From an uncultured delta proteobacterium (GTDB lineage: Bacteria > Desulfobacterota > Binatia > JACPRU01): a stretch of DNA of 64,000 bases. The position numbers and the translations under genes were made by a program. The stretch lies in NCBI GenBank assembly GCA_963745025.1, contig CAVUWD010000013.1, positions 352,001 to 416,000 of the forward strand. Direction: 5' to 3'. Shown one piece after another: positions 18,999-28,715 of the stretch (its first letter is position 1; every line of letters begins with the position of its first letter). Under the pieces are notes generated by a model. It was not told the origin of the DNA. It saw only the letters and a program-made list of their open reading frames with translations, and did not search any database.

Positions 18999-21035
18999 AT
19001 GTGGCGTGTCGGAATCGACGTCGGTGGAACCTTCACCGACCTCTTTGCTTGGGGCGACGATGCGCGGGCGCAGGTCAGCTCCAAGGTGCTCACCACCAAG
19101 CACGATCGCGCCGTCGGCGTGATCAACGCCATCCGTGAGGCGAAGATACCCTTCGATCGCATCTCGCATCTGATGCACGGCACGACCACGGCCACCAACG
19201 CGCTGATCGTGCGCGATTACCCCGACCCGGCAATGGTCACGACCGAGGGCTTTCGCGACACCATCGAGATCGGACGTCAGCACCGCGAGTTTCTCTACGA
19301 CCCCTACCAGACCAAGCCCAAGCCGATCATCAAGCGCCGCTACCGCTACACGGTCAACGAGCGGATGGACGTCCACGGCAAGGTCGTGCGGCCGCTGCAG
19401 CGGGCGGAGGCACTGGCGGTGGCCGAAAAGATCAAGACGCACGAGATCAAATCGGTGGCGGTGGCCTTCATCAATTCGTACAAGAACGGCGCCCACGAGC
19501 GCGAGATGCGCGACATCATCCGGGAGGTGACTCCCGACACCTACGTGGTGATTTCGTCGGAAACACGCCCGGTGTTTCGCGAGCATGGCCGCTTCACCAC
19601 CACCGCGATCCGCGCCGCCACGATCCCCGTGATGGAGGTCTATTTCAACAAGCTGGAAGCCGCGCTCAAAGCCGAGGGCTTCCGGGGCTCGCTGCTCATC
19701 CTGAAGAGCAGCGGCGGCATCACGGGCGTCGACTACGCCAAGCAGCATCCGGAGGAACTGATCGAATCCGGTCCCGCCGGAGGCGTGGCATACGCCGCGT
19801 ACCTGAGCAAGCTATTGCCAGCCTACCCTAACATCATCCACACCGACGTGGGCGGCACGAGCTTCGACGTCTCCATCGTCGAGGACGGCAAGGGCCTCAT
19901 CACGCGCGATCACGAGATCGAGTGGGAGATGCCCTGCATCGTGCCGATGCTGGACATCCACAGCGTGGGGGCCGGCGGCGGGTCCATCGGCTGGGTGGAC
20001 GAGGGCGGCTCGCTGCGGGTCGGACCGCGCAGTGCCGGCGCCAGCCCAGGACCGGCGTGCTACGGCCTCGGCGGCACCGAGGCCACCATCACCGACGCCA
20101 ACCTGCTGCTTGGCCGCATCGAACCGACACTGGGCGGCAAGATGACGCTGGACCGGGCCCGCGCGCAAGCGGCCACGGAACGCCTGGCCGGCGAGATCGG
20201 CCTGTCCCCGATCGAGACCGCCGACGGCATGATCCGCATCGGCTGCGAGAACATGGCCCAGGCGGTGAAAAAGGTGCTGGTTTCACGGGGCCGCGACCCG
20301 CGCGATTTCGTGCTGGCGAGCTTCGGCGGCGCGGGTGCCATGCACGCCTGCTTCGTGGCCGAGTCGATGAACATCCCGCGGGTGGTGATGCCGATCCATG
20401 CCGGCGTCGCCTCGGCTTTCGGTGCCACGGCCATGGACCTCCGCCACGACCTCGAGGCATTCTATTTCTCGCCCGTGGCGAACGCCGATTTGGAAGAGGT
20501 CAACGCGTTGTACTCGAGGCTGGAGGCGGAGGCGGTGCGCCTGCTCGAGGCCGACGGCGTCGGCCGCGAGGACATCGAGCTGCACCGCACGGCGCAGATG
20601 CGCTACGTCGGCCAGACCTACGAGGTGGAAACGCCGATGCCGGCCGGAAACCTGACGCCGGGTGCAGTGCCGGGGATCGTCGAGACCTTCCACCGCTGCC
20701 ACGAGCGGGAATACGGTGTGAGTTCGGACGATTTCGCACCGGCCCTGGTGTCGCTGGGCGTGACCGCGATCGGCCGCACGGAGTCCCCGCCCGCGGTCGA
20801 GATCGGCGGCGGCGGCAATCCGGTGAAAGGCGAGCGGCGGATCTATTTCAATCGCGAGTGGCATGTGAGCACGGTCTACGATGGCCACGCGTTGCCGCCC
20901 GACGCGACCCTGGCCGGGCCCTGCATCGTGGAGTATGAGCATGCCTGCGCGGTGTTGCCGCCGAACGCGGTTGCCACCGTCGACAGCTTCGGTAACTTGA
21001 TCATCGACATCAGCAACCTGACGTCCAACGAGTGA
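18999..21035 (+). CDS. Hydantoinase A / oxoprolinase family ATP-dependent subunit
   Basis: GIDVGGTFTD, HGTTTATNA, DVGGTSFD, GAGGGSI, GPACYG. Confidence 0.96.
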   Translation: MWRVGIDVGGTFTDLFAWGDDARAQVSSKVLTTKHDRAVGVINAIREAKIPFDRISHLMHGTTTATNALIVRDYPDPAMVTTEGFRDTIEIGRQHREFLYDPYQTKPKPIIKRRYRYTVNERMDVHGKVVRPLQRAEALAVAEKIKTHEIKSVAVAFINSYKNGAHEREMRDIIREVTPDTYVVISSETRPVFREHGRFTTTAIRAATIPVMEVYFNKLEAALKAEGFRGSLLILKSSGGITGVDYAKQHPEELIESGPAGGVAYAAYLSKLLPAYPNIIHTDVGGTSFDVSIVEDGKGLITRDHEIEWEMPCIVPMLDIHSVGAGGGSIGWVDEGGSLRVGPRSAGASPGPACYGLGGTEATITDANLLLGRIEPTLGGKMTLDRARAQAATERLAGEIGLSPIETADGMIRIGCENMAQAVKKVLVSRGRDPRDFVLASFGGAGAMHACFVAESMNIPRVVMPIHAGVASAFGATAMDLRHDLEAFYFSPVANADLEEVNALYSRLEAEAVRLLEADGVGREDIELHRTAQMRYVGQTYEVETPMPAGNLTPGAVPGIVETFHRCHEREYGVSSDDFAPALVSLGVTAIGRTESPPAVEIGGGGNPVKGERRIYFNREWHVSTVYDGHALPPDATLAGPCIVEYEHACAVLPPNAVATVDSFGNLIIDISNLTSNE

Positions 21036-21052
21036 GTGAGGAGCCAGCCGAG

Positions 21053-22864
21053 ATGGACAACAAGATCAAAGTCGATACTTCGGTCATCGCGCAAACCAAA
21101 GTCGATCTGGTCACCTTCGAAGTGCTCCGCAGCATTTTCGAGTATGCCAGCGACCGCATGTCGACGGTGCTCCGGCGCGCTTCCTTCTCGCCGATCCTCG
21201 CCGACATGGTCGACTTCTCGAACGCCATCTACGACTACGACTGCCAGCTGCTGTCGCAGGCGGCGAACTGCCCGATCCACCTCGCCGCGATGAAGTTCAG
21301 CGCCGAGGCCATCATCGCCAAGTTCGGCCTCGACGACATCCACGAAGGCGACATCGCGTGCGTCAACGATCCCTACAAGGGCGGCACGCACATCAACGAC
21401 ATGACCTTCCTGGCGCCCATCTATTACGACAAGGAGCTTCTCGGCTTCGCCGTGAGCCGCGGGCACTGGATGGACCTCGGTGGCGGCGCCGCCGGCGGCC
21501 AGGCCTTTACCGGCACGCACATCGCGGGCGAAGGCCTGCGCCTGCCGCCGATCAAGGTCTGCGAGCGGGGCCGGATGCGCGAGGACATCGTCGACATCCT
21601 GGTCAACAACACGCGCACGCCGCATTTCGTGAAGGGCGACCTCCAGGCGCATGTCGGCTGCCTGCGCGTGGGCGAACAGGAAATGCAGCGCGCGGCCGCG
21701 AAGTACGGCATCGTGACCGTCAAGGCGGCCATGAAGCAGTTACAGGCATACACGGAGCGGATCGTCCGCAAGAGCATCAGCGAGATTCCGGACGGCGTCT
21801 ACGAAGGCGAGGACTACGCCGACACCGACGGCTTCTCCGACCATCCGATCAAGATCAAGGTCAACCTCACGATCCAGGGCTCGGACATCCAGGTCGATTT
21901 CACCGGCAGCGAAAAGACGGTGAAGGGCGCCATCAATTCGCCCTACGCGAACACCGCCTCCGCGGTGCTCTATTCGCTGCAGTTCTTCCTCGCACCGCAT
22001 GCGCCGCAGAACCAGGGTATGTTCAATCCGATCCAGATCAAGATTCCGGAGAACTCCTGGCTCAACGCCAAGTGGCCGGCGCCGACCATCGGCTGCACCA
22101 CGCTGACCTCGGCGAAGATCACCAGCGCCATCTGGCAGGCGCTGTCCAAGGCGATTCCCGGTCGCGGCATGGGTTCCACCAATGCCGACTGCAACTGGTT
22201 CGTCTCCTCGGTGGTCGCACCCGATGGCTCGACCGACGTCTTCTCGGATCTGCCGGCTGGCGGTTGGGGCGGCAGCCCCTACAACGACGGCATGAACGTC
22301 ACCGAGGATCCGCTGGGTAACTGCATGAACATGCCGGCGGAAACGGCGGAACTCCTGTTTCCGATCGCCTATGAAGCCTTCGAACTGCGCCAGGACAGCG
22401 GTGGCCCGGGGTTCTACCGCGGCGGCTTGGGTGCGGTCTTCAAGGTTCGCTATCTCGCGGAAGGCGCGCTCAGCATGGAAACCGCGCGCACGCGCGAGGG
22501 CAGCCCGGGCGTTGCGGGCGGCGAGCGCTCGGATGTGCAGCGGCAGATCAAGATCCACACCGATGGCCGCCGCGAAGTGATCGGCGGTCTCGATGGCAAA
22601 GGCAACTGGAAGAACCCGCTACTGTGCTCGCATCCTTTCAGCTACGGTGAGACTTTCATGTTCGAGAGCACCGGCGGTGGCGGCTACGGCAAGGCCTTCG
22701 AGCGGGATGCCCAGGCGGTGTTGGAGGACGTGCTGGACGAGTACGTGTCGCTCGCCGCGGCGCGCGAGCGCTACGGCGTGGTCATCGATCCGGCGACGAT
22801 GCGCATCGACGAGGCGGCGACCGCGCGCCTCCGGGCCAGCATGGGCAGCAAAGCCGCCGCCTAG
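21053..22864 (+). CDS. Hydantoinase B / oxoprolinase family subunit
   Basis: DFSNAI, PIHL, NDPYKGGTHIND, HWMDLGG, DSGGPG..RGG; GAGGAG RBS. Confidence 0.96.
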   Translation: MDNKIKVDTSVIAQTKVDLVTFEVLRSIFEYASDRMSTVLRRASFSPILADMVDFSNAIYDYDCQLLSQAANCPIHLAAMKFSAEAIIAKFGLDDIHEGDIACVNDPYKGGTHINDMTFLAPIYYDKELLGFAVSRGHWMDLGGGAAGGQAFTGTHIAGEGLRLPPIKVCERGRMREDIVDILVNNTRTPHFVKGDLQAHVGCLRVGEQEMQRAAAKYGIVTVKAAMKQLQAYTERIVRKSISEIPDGVYEGEDYADTDGFSDHPIKIKVNLTIQGSDIQVDFTGSEKTVKGAINSPYANTASAVLYSLQFFLAPHAPQNQGMFNPIQIKIPENSWLNAKWPAPTIGCTTLTSAKITSAIWQALSKAIPGRGMGSTNADCNWFVSSVVAPDGSTDVFSDLPAGGWGGSPYNDGMNVTEDPLGNCMNMPAETAELLFPIAYEAFELRQDSGGPGFYRGGLGAVFKVRYLAEGALSMETARTREGSPGVAGGERSDVQRQIKIHTDGRREVIGGLDGKGNWKNPLLCSHPFSYGETFMFESTGGGGYGKAFERDAQAVLEDVLDEYVSLAAARERYGVVIDPATMRIDEAATARLRASMGSKAAA

Positions 22865-22903
22865 CTTAGACCAGGGAGCGGAGCTTCTGAGGAAGCTAGC
22901 CGT

Positions 22904-23284
22904 TCAGTTGGCGACCAGTCTTAGCCCGGCGGCGCGCGCGAAGTGGCGAAAATCGCGGTCGCGGGTGATGAGGCGGACCTTATGATCGAGGCAGCTCTGC
23001 GCAATCAGCGCGTCGCCGAGCCGGGCCCGGCGCTTGGCTGCGAGCACGCGGGCGCGCAGCGCTCCCGCACGCTCCCAATACCCTTCGTTCACGCCAAGCA
23101 GCGGAACCTCCCGAAGGCGCGCAGCGACTTCGCTCGGCAGGAAGGGAGCGCTGAGCAATTCCGTCAGCACTACGGGCGGAAGGCAGAGCTGACGGTCTTC
23201 GAGGGCCGCCTCCATGACCTCGACGTCGTGCCCCGCGGCGCCCGACAGGTAGGCGACGACCGAGCTCGTGTCCCCTGCGATCAC
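22904..23284 (-). CDS. vapC: PIN-domain toxin (VapC-like)
   Basis: GDTSS, VLTELL, GDALIA, ITRDRDF acidic PIN motifs. Confidence 0.9.
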   Translation of the reverse strand: MIAGDTSSVVAYLSGAAGHDVEVMEAALEDRQLCLPPVVLTELLSAPFLPSEVAARLREVPLLGVNEGYWERAGALRARVLAAKRRARLGDALIAQSCLDHKVRLITRDRDFRHFARAAGLRLVAN

Positions 23285-23487
23285 GAGCGGTCGTCGCGTA
23301 CGCGGCGCAGGTCGAGCGACAGCTTCACGCGCCCGCGGAGCTTGCGCAGATCCTCATAGGCGCGTCCCGCGGCGACGAGCTCGAGCCCCTGCCGGATCGT
23401 CTGGGTGATTCCCGCGCCCGTGGCCGCTTGCGCCTTGTGGAGGAGCTCCTCTGGAAGCTGGACCGTGATCTTGTGGGCAGCCTTCAT
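23281..23487 (-). CDS. vapB: Putative antitoxin (VapB-like, RHH)
   Basis: KITVQLPEELL beta-strand/helix pattern; GTGA overlap with the toxin start. Confidence 0.8.
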   Translation of the reverse strand: MKAAHKITVQLPEELLHKAQAATGAGITQTIRQGLELVAAGRAYEDLRKLRGRVKLSLDLRRVRDDRS

Positions 23488-23721
23488 GGCGGAGACGGTA
23501 CCAGCACGGATACCATACTTCAATATGGCGCCGGCCGGCCGGCGATTGATTTTGGCCCTGTGCGATGCATCCCCGCGGGCTCGCTCTCGCTACCCTCGGG
23601 GAAGTGCGCCGACGACAGGACCGGTGCGAATTTCGGATCGACGGGGCATCACGGCAATTTCGCATCGGGGCTAGGGACCGGGATACCCGATGCTGCTATA
23701 CGTCGGAGCGGAGGATCGGAC

Positions 23722-23886
23722 ATGGATCCGAGAGGCCGACTGCTCGACAAGGCGAAGGCCGGCCGCGACCGAGAAGAGAAGCGCCGCCTCGCGCTGGCGC
23801 TCGAGTGGTTCTATCTGTATTTCAACAAGCAAACCGATCTGGAGTTCGAGAGCGAGCTCGACCTCCGTCAGAAGGGACAGGCGTAG
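23722..23886 (+). CDS. Small hypothetical protein (54 aa)
   Basis: GGAGGA RBS, coding-like codon bias. Confidence 0.6.
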   Translation: MDPRGRLLDKAKAGRDREEKRRLALALEWFYLYFNKQTDLEFESELDLRQKGQA

Positions 23887-23918
23887 CCGCGCGGCTGCGC
23901 TCCCCGCGAAGGAAATTC

Positions 23919-24560
23919 ATGACTCCATTCATCGCCATCGCCGTCGCCTTTTGTGCCCTCGGGTTCACGCTGTTGTCTCTGCGCCGCGCGCAAGAAAAGA
24001 TCGAAGCGCTGGAGAGCGACATCGATGCCGTGGAAGGCCACAACCGGACTCTCCAGGAGCAGCGCGACACGCTGAAGAGCACGCTTGCGCAAACGTCGAC
24101 GGCGCTCGAGACGGCGAAGCAGCGAGTCGAGACGACCGAGGCGGAAAAGCAGGATCTCGAGAGGCAGCGGGCGGCGCTGGCGGAGACCGCGGCGCGCCTC
24201 GAGAAGGTGCGGGCCGAGCTGGAGAGTGAGCTCGGCAAGCTCCGCCGCGAGCATGAGTCACTCGAGCGACGGGTGGTCGACTTCCAGGGACAGTGGTCGC
24301 ATCAGCTGACCACGCTCGAGGCCGAGATTTCGACCCTCATCCGGCAGCTCGGCGAGTTCCGCAAAGGAACCCAACTGCCGCTTCCAAAGGCGGAGGCAAC
24401 GTTGCTGGCGTCTGCACAGGTGCCGGCTCCGGTCGCGGCTGCCGATCCCAGCTGGGCGCCCGCGGCGGCCGGCGGTCCCCGGCTCGCGGGTGCCCGGCCG
24501 CGCCCCGTCAATCCCGAGCCGGCTAGCCCCGATCCAGCCGCAGCTCGGCCACTCCGGTAA
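23919..24560 (+). CDS. Membrane-anchored coiled-coil protein
   Basis: AAGGA RBS, N-terminal TM, long heptad-rich E/Q/L region, Pro/Ala tail. Confidence 0.75.
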   Translation: MTPFIAIAVAFCALGFTLLSLRRAQEKIEALESDIDAVEGHNRTLQEQRDTLKSTLAQTSTALETAKQRVETTEAEKQDLERQRAALAETAARLEKVRAELESELGKLRREHESLERRVVDFQGQWSHQLTTLEAEISTLIRQLGEFRKGTQLPLPKAEATLLASAQVPAPVAAADPSWAPAAAGGPRLAGARPRPVNPEPASPDPAAARPLR

Positions 24561-24933
24561 TCCGCCGCTCGCCGTCTTGCTCGAGGATGAGGTCGCACTC
24601 GAGCTCGACGGCGGCATCGCTGTCGCGTCGGTCGGTGACGAAGCCGCTGCAGACGATCGGCGTGCCGGGCTGGACGATGCCGCGAAACGTGACGCCGAGT
24701 TTTTCGAGCCGGGCCTCGGGAAGCCATTCGGTCAGCATCCGCGAGAGCAGGGCCATGCCCATGTTGCCCGGAAGGATCTGTCCGGGAAGGCCTTCCTTCC
24801 GCGCGACCTCGTCGCTGAAGAACCGTGCCCCAGGCATCTGCGCCGCGGTGGCGTAGCGGCGCACCTGATCGCCGGAGAGCACGATCTCGAGCCGCGGGAT
24901 CTCGTGGCCGATCTCGAGCGACCCGGCGCTCAC
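24523..24933 (-). CDS. MaoC/hot-dog fold dehydratase subunit
   Basis: ARKEGLPGQILPGNMG, F.GIV.PG. Confidence 0.8.
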   Translation of the reverse strand: MSAGSLEIGHEIPRLEIVLSGDQVRRYATAAQMPGARFFSDEVARKEGLPGQILPGNMGMALLSRMLTEWLPEARLEKLGVTFRGIVQPGTPIVCSGFVTDRRDSDAAVELECDLILEQDGERRITGVAELRLDRG

Positions 24934-25376
24934 GTCTCCTCCTTCGGGCGCAGCATGAAGCGATTGTCGATCCTCGCCACCATCTCGCCGCGCTGGTTCG
25001 TCATCGTCTGACGCGAGACGATGAACACCATCGATCCGGTTCGTCCGGTCTTTTCGTAGACTTCGTGGAGGATGTTGCTCGCGTGGATGACGTCGCCAGC
25101 GCGGATGGGTGCGCCGAATTGAATGTCCTTTCCCGCATCGAAGCCGCGAAAGAACGCCTGGCGTGAAATGCTGGGATGAAAGAAGCGGTTGCCTCGGAAC
25201 CTCACGCAGAAAGTCGGCGGCGCGACCGGGTTGGGACCGAAATAGGCGGGGTGGGTTTCGCCGAGCGATTCGGCGTACTCGCGGATCTCCTCGGCCGTGA
25301 CGGGCGCCGACGTGCTCGAGTCGAATTCCGTGCCGATGAGCGACGGATCGAGGCCGAGAGGTAAGGTCTCGCTCAT
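24930..25376 (-). CDS. MaoC dehydratase N-terminal-type hot-dog protein
   Basis: IREYAESLGE, APPTF, PIRAGD, EKTGRTG, NQRGE. Confidence 0.85.
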   Translation of the reverse strand: MSETLPLGLDPSLIGTEFDSSTSAPVTAEEIREYAESLGETHPAYFGPNPVAPPTFCVRFRGNRFFHPSISRQAFFRGFDAGKDIQFGAPIRAGDVIHASNILHEVYEKTGRTGSMVFIVSRQTMTNQRGEMVARIDNRFMLRPKEET

Positions 25377-26023
25377 GGGCCCTTCAGTCGGTCGCGGAAG
25401 TCAAGCGCGCGGTAGCCGCCCTCGCGCAGCGCACGCACCAGATCTTCCTCGTCGCTCACCTCGCGCGGAAACTCCGTCGCGCAAATACCGATGAAGGAGA
25501 CGAGATGCGAGTCGCTACCGCCGATCGTGCCGTAGCCGTACTTCTTGACGAGATTTTCGACGCGCTCGTTCTCGCCCTTGCGGCTGCCGCCATTCAGGAT
25601 CTCGACCGCGCGCACGCCTTCGAGCGGCGGTTTGGTCTGGTAGTGCTCGCAGAGCCCGACGGTCGGTCGGCCCGGATGGCAAGGGACGGCGATGCCGCCG
25701 AGCTCCTCGACGTCGGTGATGAGCTCCTGGGCGGGCAGGCGCACGTTCGAGAAATCGAAGCGCTCCAGCATCGCATCGTTGACCCCGTAGACTAACACGT
25801 GACCGTAGTCGGTCTCGACCTCGGAGCCTTTGAAGATGCGGATGCCGTACTCGTCTTCGAGGTGCCGATAAACGCTGTCGCCATCGAACTGGCGGTGCTC
25901 CGTCAGCACCAGGCCGTCGATCGGCAACACCCCCTTCTTCTTCAACAGCCACTGCAGGTAACCGACGACCGTCGCGCGGCTGTCCTCGGACTTCTTGGAG
26001 TGGACGTGGAGATCCAGTATCAC
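25373..26023 (-). CDS. PHP domain metal-dependent phosphoesterase
   Basis: DLHVHS, LTEH, GHVL, HPGR, GGSDSH. Confidence 0.9.
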   Translation of the reverse strand: MILDLHVHSKKSEDSRATVVGYLQWLLKKKGVLPIDGLVLTEHRQFDGDSVYRHLEDEYGIRIFKGSEVETDYGHVLVYGVNDAMLERFDFSNVRLPAQELITDVEELGGIAVPCHPGRPTVGLCEHYQTKPPLEGVRAVEILNGGSRKGENERVENLVKKYGYGTIGGSDSHLVSFIGICATEFPREVSDEEDLVRALREGGYRALDFRDRLKGP

Positions 26024-26439
26024 GCTCGAGCCCTCTGAAATTTGGGGATTGCGAGCCCCTCGTCGATGTCTTCGAACACCACCTCGACCGGCATGCCGAT
26101 CGTTACCGCATCCGAGGGAGTCTTGACGACGTTGGTGAGGATACGCGGACCCTCATCGAGCTCAACGTAGGCCATCACGTAAGGCAATTCATCCCGGAAA
26201 CCCGCTGCCTGGTTCTGGTAGGTGACGGTGAACGTATACACCGTGCCGCGTCCGCTCGCGCGGAGGTACTCCGTCTTCGAGGAGAGGCACGAGGGACAGA
26301 GGGCCCGCGGATAGAAGCGAATCGTCGAGCAGGACGCGCACTTCTGGAGATAGAGCTCATGGCGCGCGCAGGCGTCCCAGAACCAGCGGTTCTCCTCGTC
26401 GAGATGCGGAAGCGGCTTCTTGTAGTCCTTGCGAGCCAT
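26020..26439 (-). CDS. Zn-ribbon/OB-fold protein (DUF35)
   Basis: CASC...CPSC, GRGTVYTFT, VELDEG. Confidence 0.93.
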   Translation of the reverse strand: MARKDYKKPLPHLDEENRWFWDACARHELYLQKCASCSTIRFYPRALCPSCLSSKTEYLRASGRGTVYTFTVTYQNQAAGFRDELPYVMAYVELDEGPRILTNVVKTPSDAVTIGMPVEVVFEDIDEGLAIPKFQRARA

Positions 26440-27596
26440 CAGAACGAGCTGCCGAGAACGAGCGTCGCTCCGCTGTGCCGGCGGGAGATGACGCCTCCCG
26501 TGCCGTGGCAGAGTACCACCGCGCATTTCTTCACCTGCCGCGCTCCGGCCTCGCCGCGGAGCTGCTTGACGCCTTCGATGACCAGGAAGATGCCGCGCAT
26601 GCCGGGATGGTTCGACGAGAGCCCGCCACCGTCGGTGTTGGTGGGGCAGGGCCCGTCGAAGCCGAGCCGTCCTCCGGAGACGAACGCACCTCCTTCACCG
26701 CGCTTGCAGAAGCCCAGGTTCTCGAGCGTGAGCAGCACGGTGATCGTGAACGAATCGTAGATCATCCGCAGGTCGACTTCGCGATGGCTCACTTCCGCCA
26801 TGGCCATTGCTTTCGGGCCCGACTGCGCCGCCGCAACCTCGAGCAAGTCCTCGTGGCCGACTCCGGTGTGGCGCACGGCTTCGGCGGCACCGAGCACGAA
26901 CGCCGGCTTCTTCTTCGCGTCTCGCGCGCGCTCCGCCGAGGTGACGACCAGCGCGCCGCCTCCATCGGAGATCATGCAGCAGTCGAGAAGGTGGAGCGGA
27001 GAGGAGACCACGCGCGAGGCGAGCACGTCCTCGATCGTGATCGGATCGTGATACTTGGCCGCGGGGTTGAGCGAGGCGTGGCGGCGCGTGGTGACCGCGA
27101 TCTCGGCTAGCTGCTCGGCGCTCGTGCCGTATTCGTGCATGTGGCGCATTGCCGCCATCGCGTAGTTGCCGACCACGGTGGGGCCGTAGATCGCCTCGTA
27201 GGCGTCCGGCGGGTCGCCGAACGCACCGCTGCCGCCGGTGCCGACGGCGAAGCGCTCCGAGGCGGCGGTCGACCCGTAGAGGATGAGTACCGTGCTACAG
27301 AGGCCGGCGGCGATCGCCGCCGAGGCGTGCCCGACGTGGGCCACGAACGAGGAGCCGCCGAGGTTCGTCGAGTCGAGATAACCCGGCCGCAGGTTCAGGT
27401 GGTTGGCGAGCGCGATCACCCCCATCGGCCCGACGCCTGCGGTGCAGAGCCCGTCGACGTCGCCGATGATCAAGCCCGCGTCTTCGAGCGCGCCGCGCGC
27501 AGACTCGGTCATGATCTGGTACTGCGTCATGTGCGGCGCGTAACGAGTCGGGTGTTCGTAGACCCCGACGACGGCCGTCTTTCCCCGCAGGCTCAC
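26439..27596 (-). CDS. SCP2-type thiolase-family protein
   Basis: LLDCCMISDGG, YDSFT, NTDGGGLS, HGTGG; nucleophile Cys position reads LGGSS. Confidence 0.92.
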   Translation of the reverse strand: MSLRGKTAVVGVYEHPTRYAPHMTQYQIMTESARGALEDAGLIIGDVDGLCTAGVGPMGVIALANHLNLRPGYLDSTNLGGSSFVAHVGHASAAIAAGLCSTVLILYGSTAASERFAVGTGGSGAFGDPPDAYEAIYGPTVVGNYAMAAMRHMHEYGTSAEQLAEIAVTTRRHASLNPAAKYHDPITIEDVLASRVVSSPLHLLDCCMISDGGGALVVTSAERARDAKKKPAFVLGAAEAVRHTGVGHEDLLEVAAAQSGPKAMAMAEVSHREVDLRMIYDSFTITVLLTLENLGFCKRGEGGAFVSGGRLGFDGPCPTNTDGGGLSSNHPGMRGIFLVIEGVKQLRGEAGARQVKKCAVVLCHGTGGVISRRHSGATLVLGSSF

Positions 27597-28399
27597 GGCA
27601 GCCGCTCCAGGAAGGAGTCGATCGCCGCGTGCAACGCATCGGGGCGCTCCCGGTAGAGATAGTGCCCCGCGCCCGGAAGCTCCACCCGCTCGGCGCCGGC
27701 AATAGCGGCGGCGAGCGCTGCCGCGTCCGCGGGCGCCGCAATCGTGTCCTTGGAGCCGTAAATCACCAGCGCCGGCATACGCAGCTCACCGAGGCGCGGG
27801 CGGAAGTCCGCTCTGCGGACGGCCAGGAGGTCGAAGTAGCGCACGCGCGGGTCGGTCTGCACCTGCAGCGCCCATCCCTCGCGCATGACCTCGAACGGTA
27901 CGTCGTCTCCGTATCCGGCATTGCCGAACGGCTGGGGCGCCCGGCCGGTCATCACCGTTCGCCACATCTCGACCGACTCTTCCGACAGCGCGATGCGAGC
28001 TGCCGTGGACATTAGCACGAGCGCCTGGACACGCTGCGGCGAGCGCAGGGCAAGGTCGAGCGCGACCAGACCACCCATGGAAGTGGCCACGAGGATGGCG
28101 CTAGCGATACCGAGTCGATCGAGGAGCGCGATTGTCGAGCTGGCGTAGGCTTCGATCGAGGGGAGCGCCTCGGTCCCCGAGGATCGCCCGTGGCCTGGCC
28201 AATCAAAGGCGATCGGGCTGTGTCGTGCCGCGAAATAACGAAGCTGGCGCTGCCAGACGGCGCCGGTCGAGCCGGCGCCATGCAGAAACAGGAGCCGCTT
28301 ACCGCGCGACAAATCGGGCGGCACGCCGGGCAGCGTGGTCGGCGGCGCATGGAGCACGTTCACCGCGTGGCCGGCGATCTCGAAGTATTTGCTCGGCAT
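27593..28399 (-). CDS. Alpha/beta fold hydrolase
   Basis: HGAG, DWPGHGRS, ATSMGG nucleophile elbow, GAGH. Confidence 0.9.
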   Translation of the reverse strand: MPSKYFEIAGHAVNVLHAPPTTLPGVPPDLSRGKRLLFLHGAGSTGAVWQRQLRYFAARHSPIAFDWPGHGRSSGTEALPSIEAYASSTIALLDRLGIASAILVATSMGGLVALDLALRSPQRVQALVLMSTAARIALSEESVEMWRTVMTGRAPQPFGNAGYGDDVPFEVMREGWALQVQTDPRVRYFDLLAVRRADFRPRLGELRMPALVIYGSKDTIAAPADAAALAAAIAGAERVELPGAGHYLYRERPDALHAAIDSFLERLP

Positions 28400-28435
28400 G
28401 GAAGGGCTGAATGCAATACCACCCGCGACGGTAAA

Positions 28436-28708
28436 TCAACCGGACCATTCCGTCGGATCGAGGGTTTTGAGCGCGAGCGCATGGACCTCGTGCTTCAGGA
28501 GATCGCCGAGCGCTTGATAGACGGCTCGATGACGCTCCAGCGTCGAGCGGCCGCGAAACGCCTCGGAGACGATCACACACGAGAAATGGCTTCCCCCCGC
28601 GGCCGCTCCGGCGTGTCCGGCGTGCTGGCCGCTCTCGTCGAGGATCTCGAGATGGGTAGGTGCGAGGGCTTGTTGCAACCGGCTTTCGATTCGTTCGGCT
28701 GTAGTCAT
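28436..28708 (-). CDS. bolA: BolA family protein
   Basis: DES.QHAGH, SHF, RHRAVY, VHAL. Confidence 0.93.
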   Translation of the reverse strand: MTTAERIESRLQQALAPTHLEILDESGQHAGHAGAAAGGSHFSCVIVSEAFRGRSTLERHRAVYQALGDLLKHEVHALALKTLDPTEWSG

Positions 28709-28715
28709 CGGCTGC

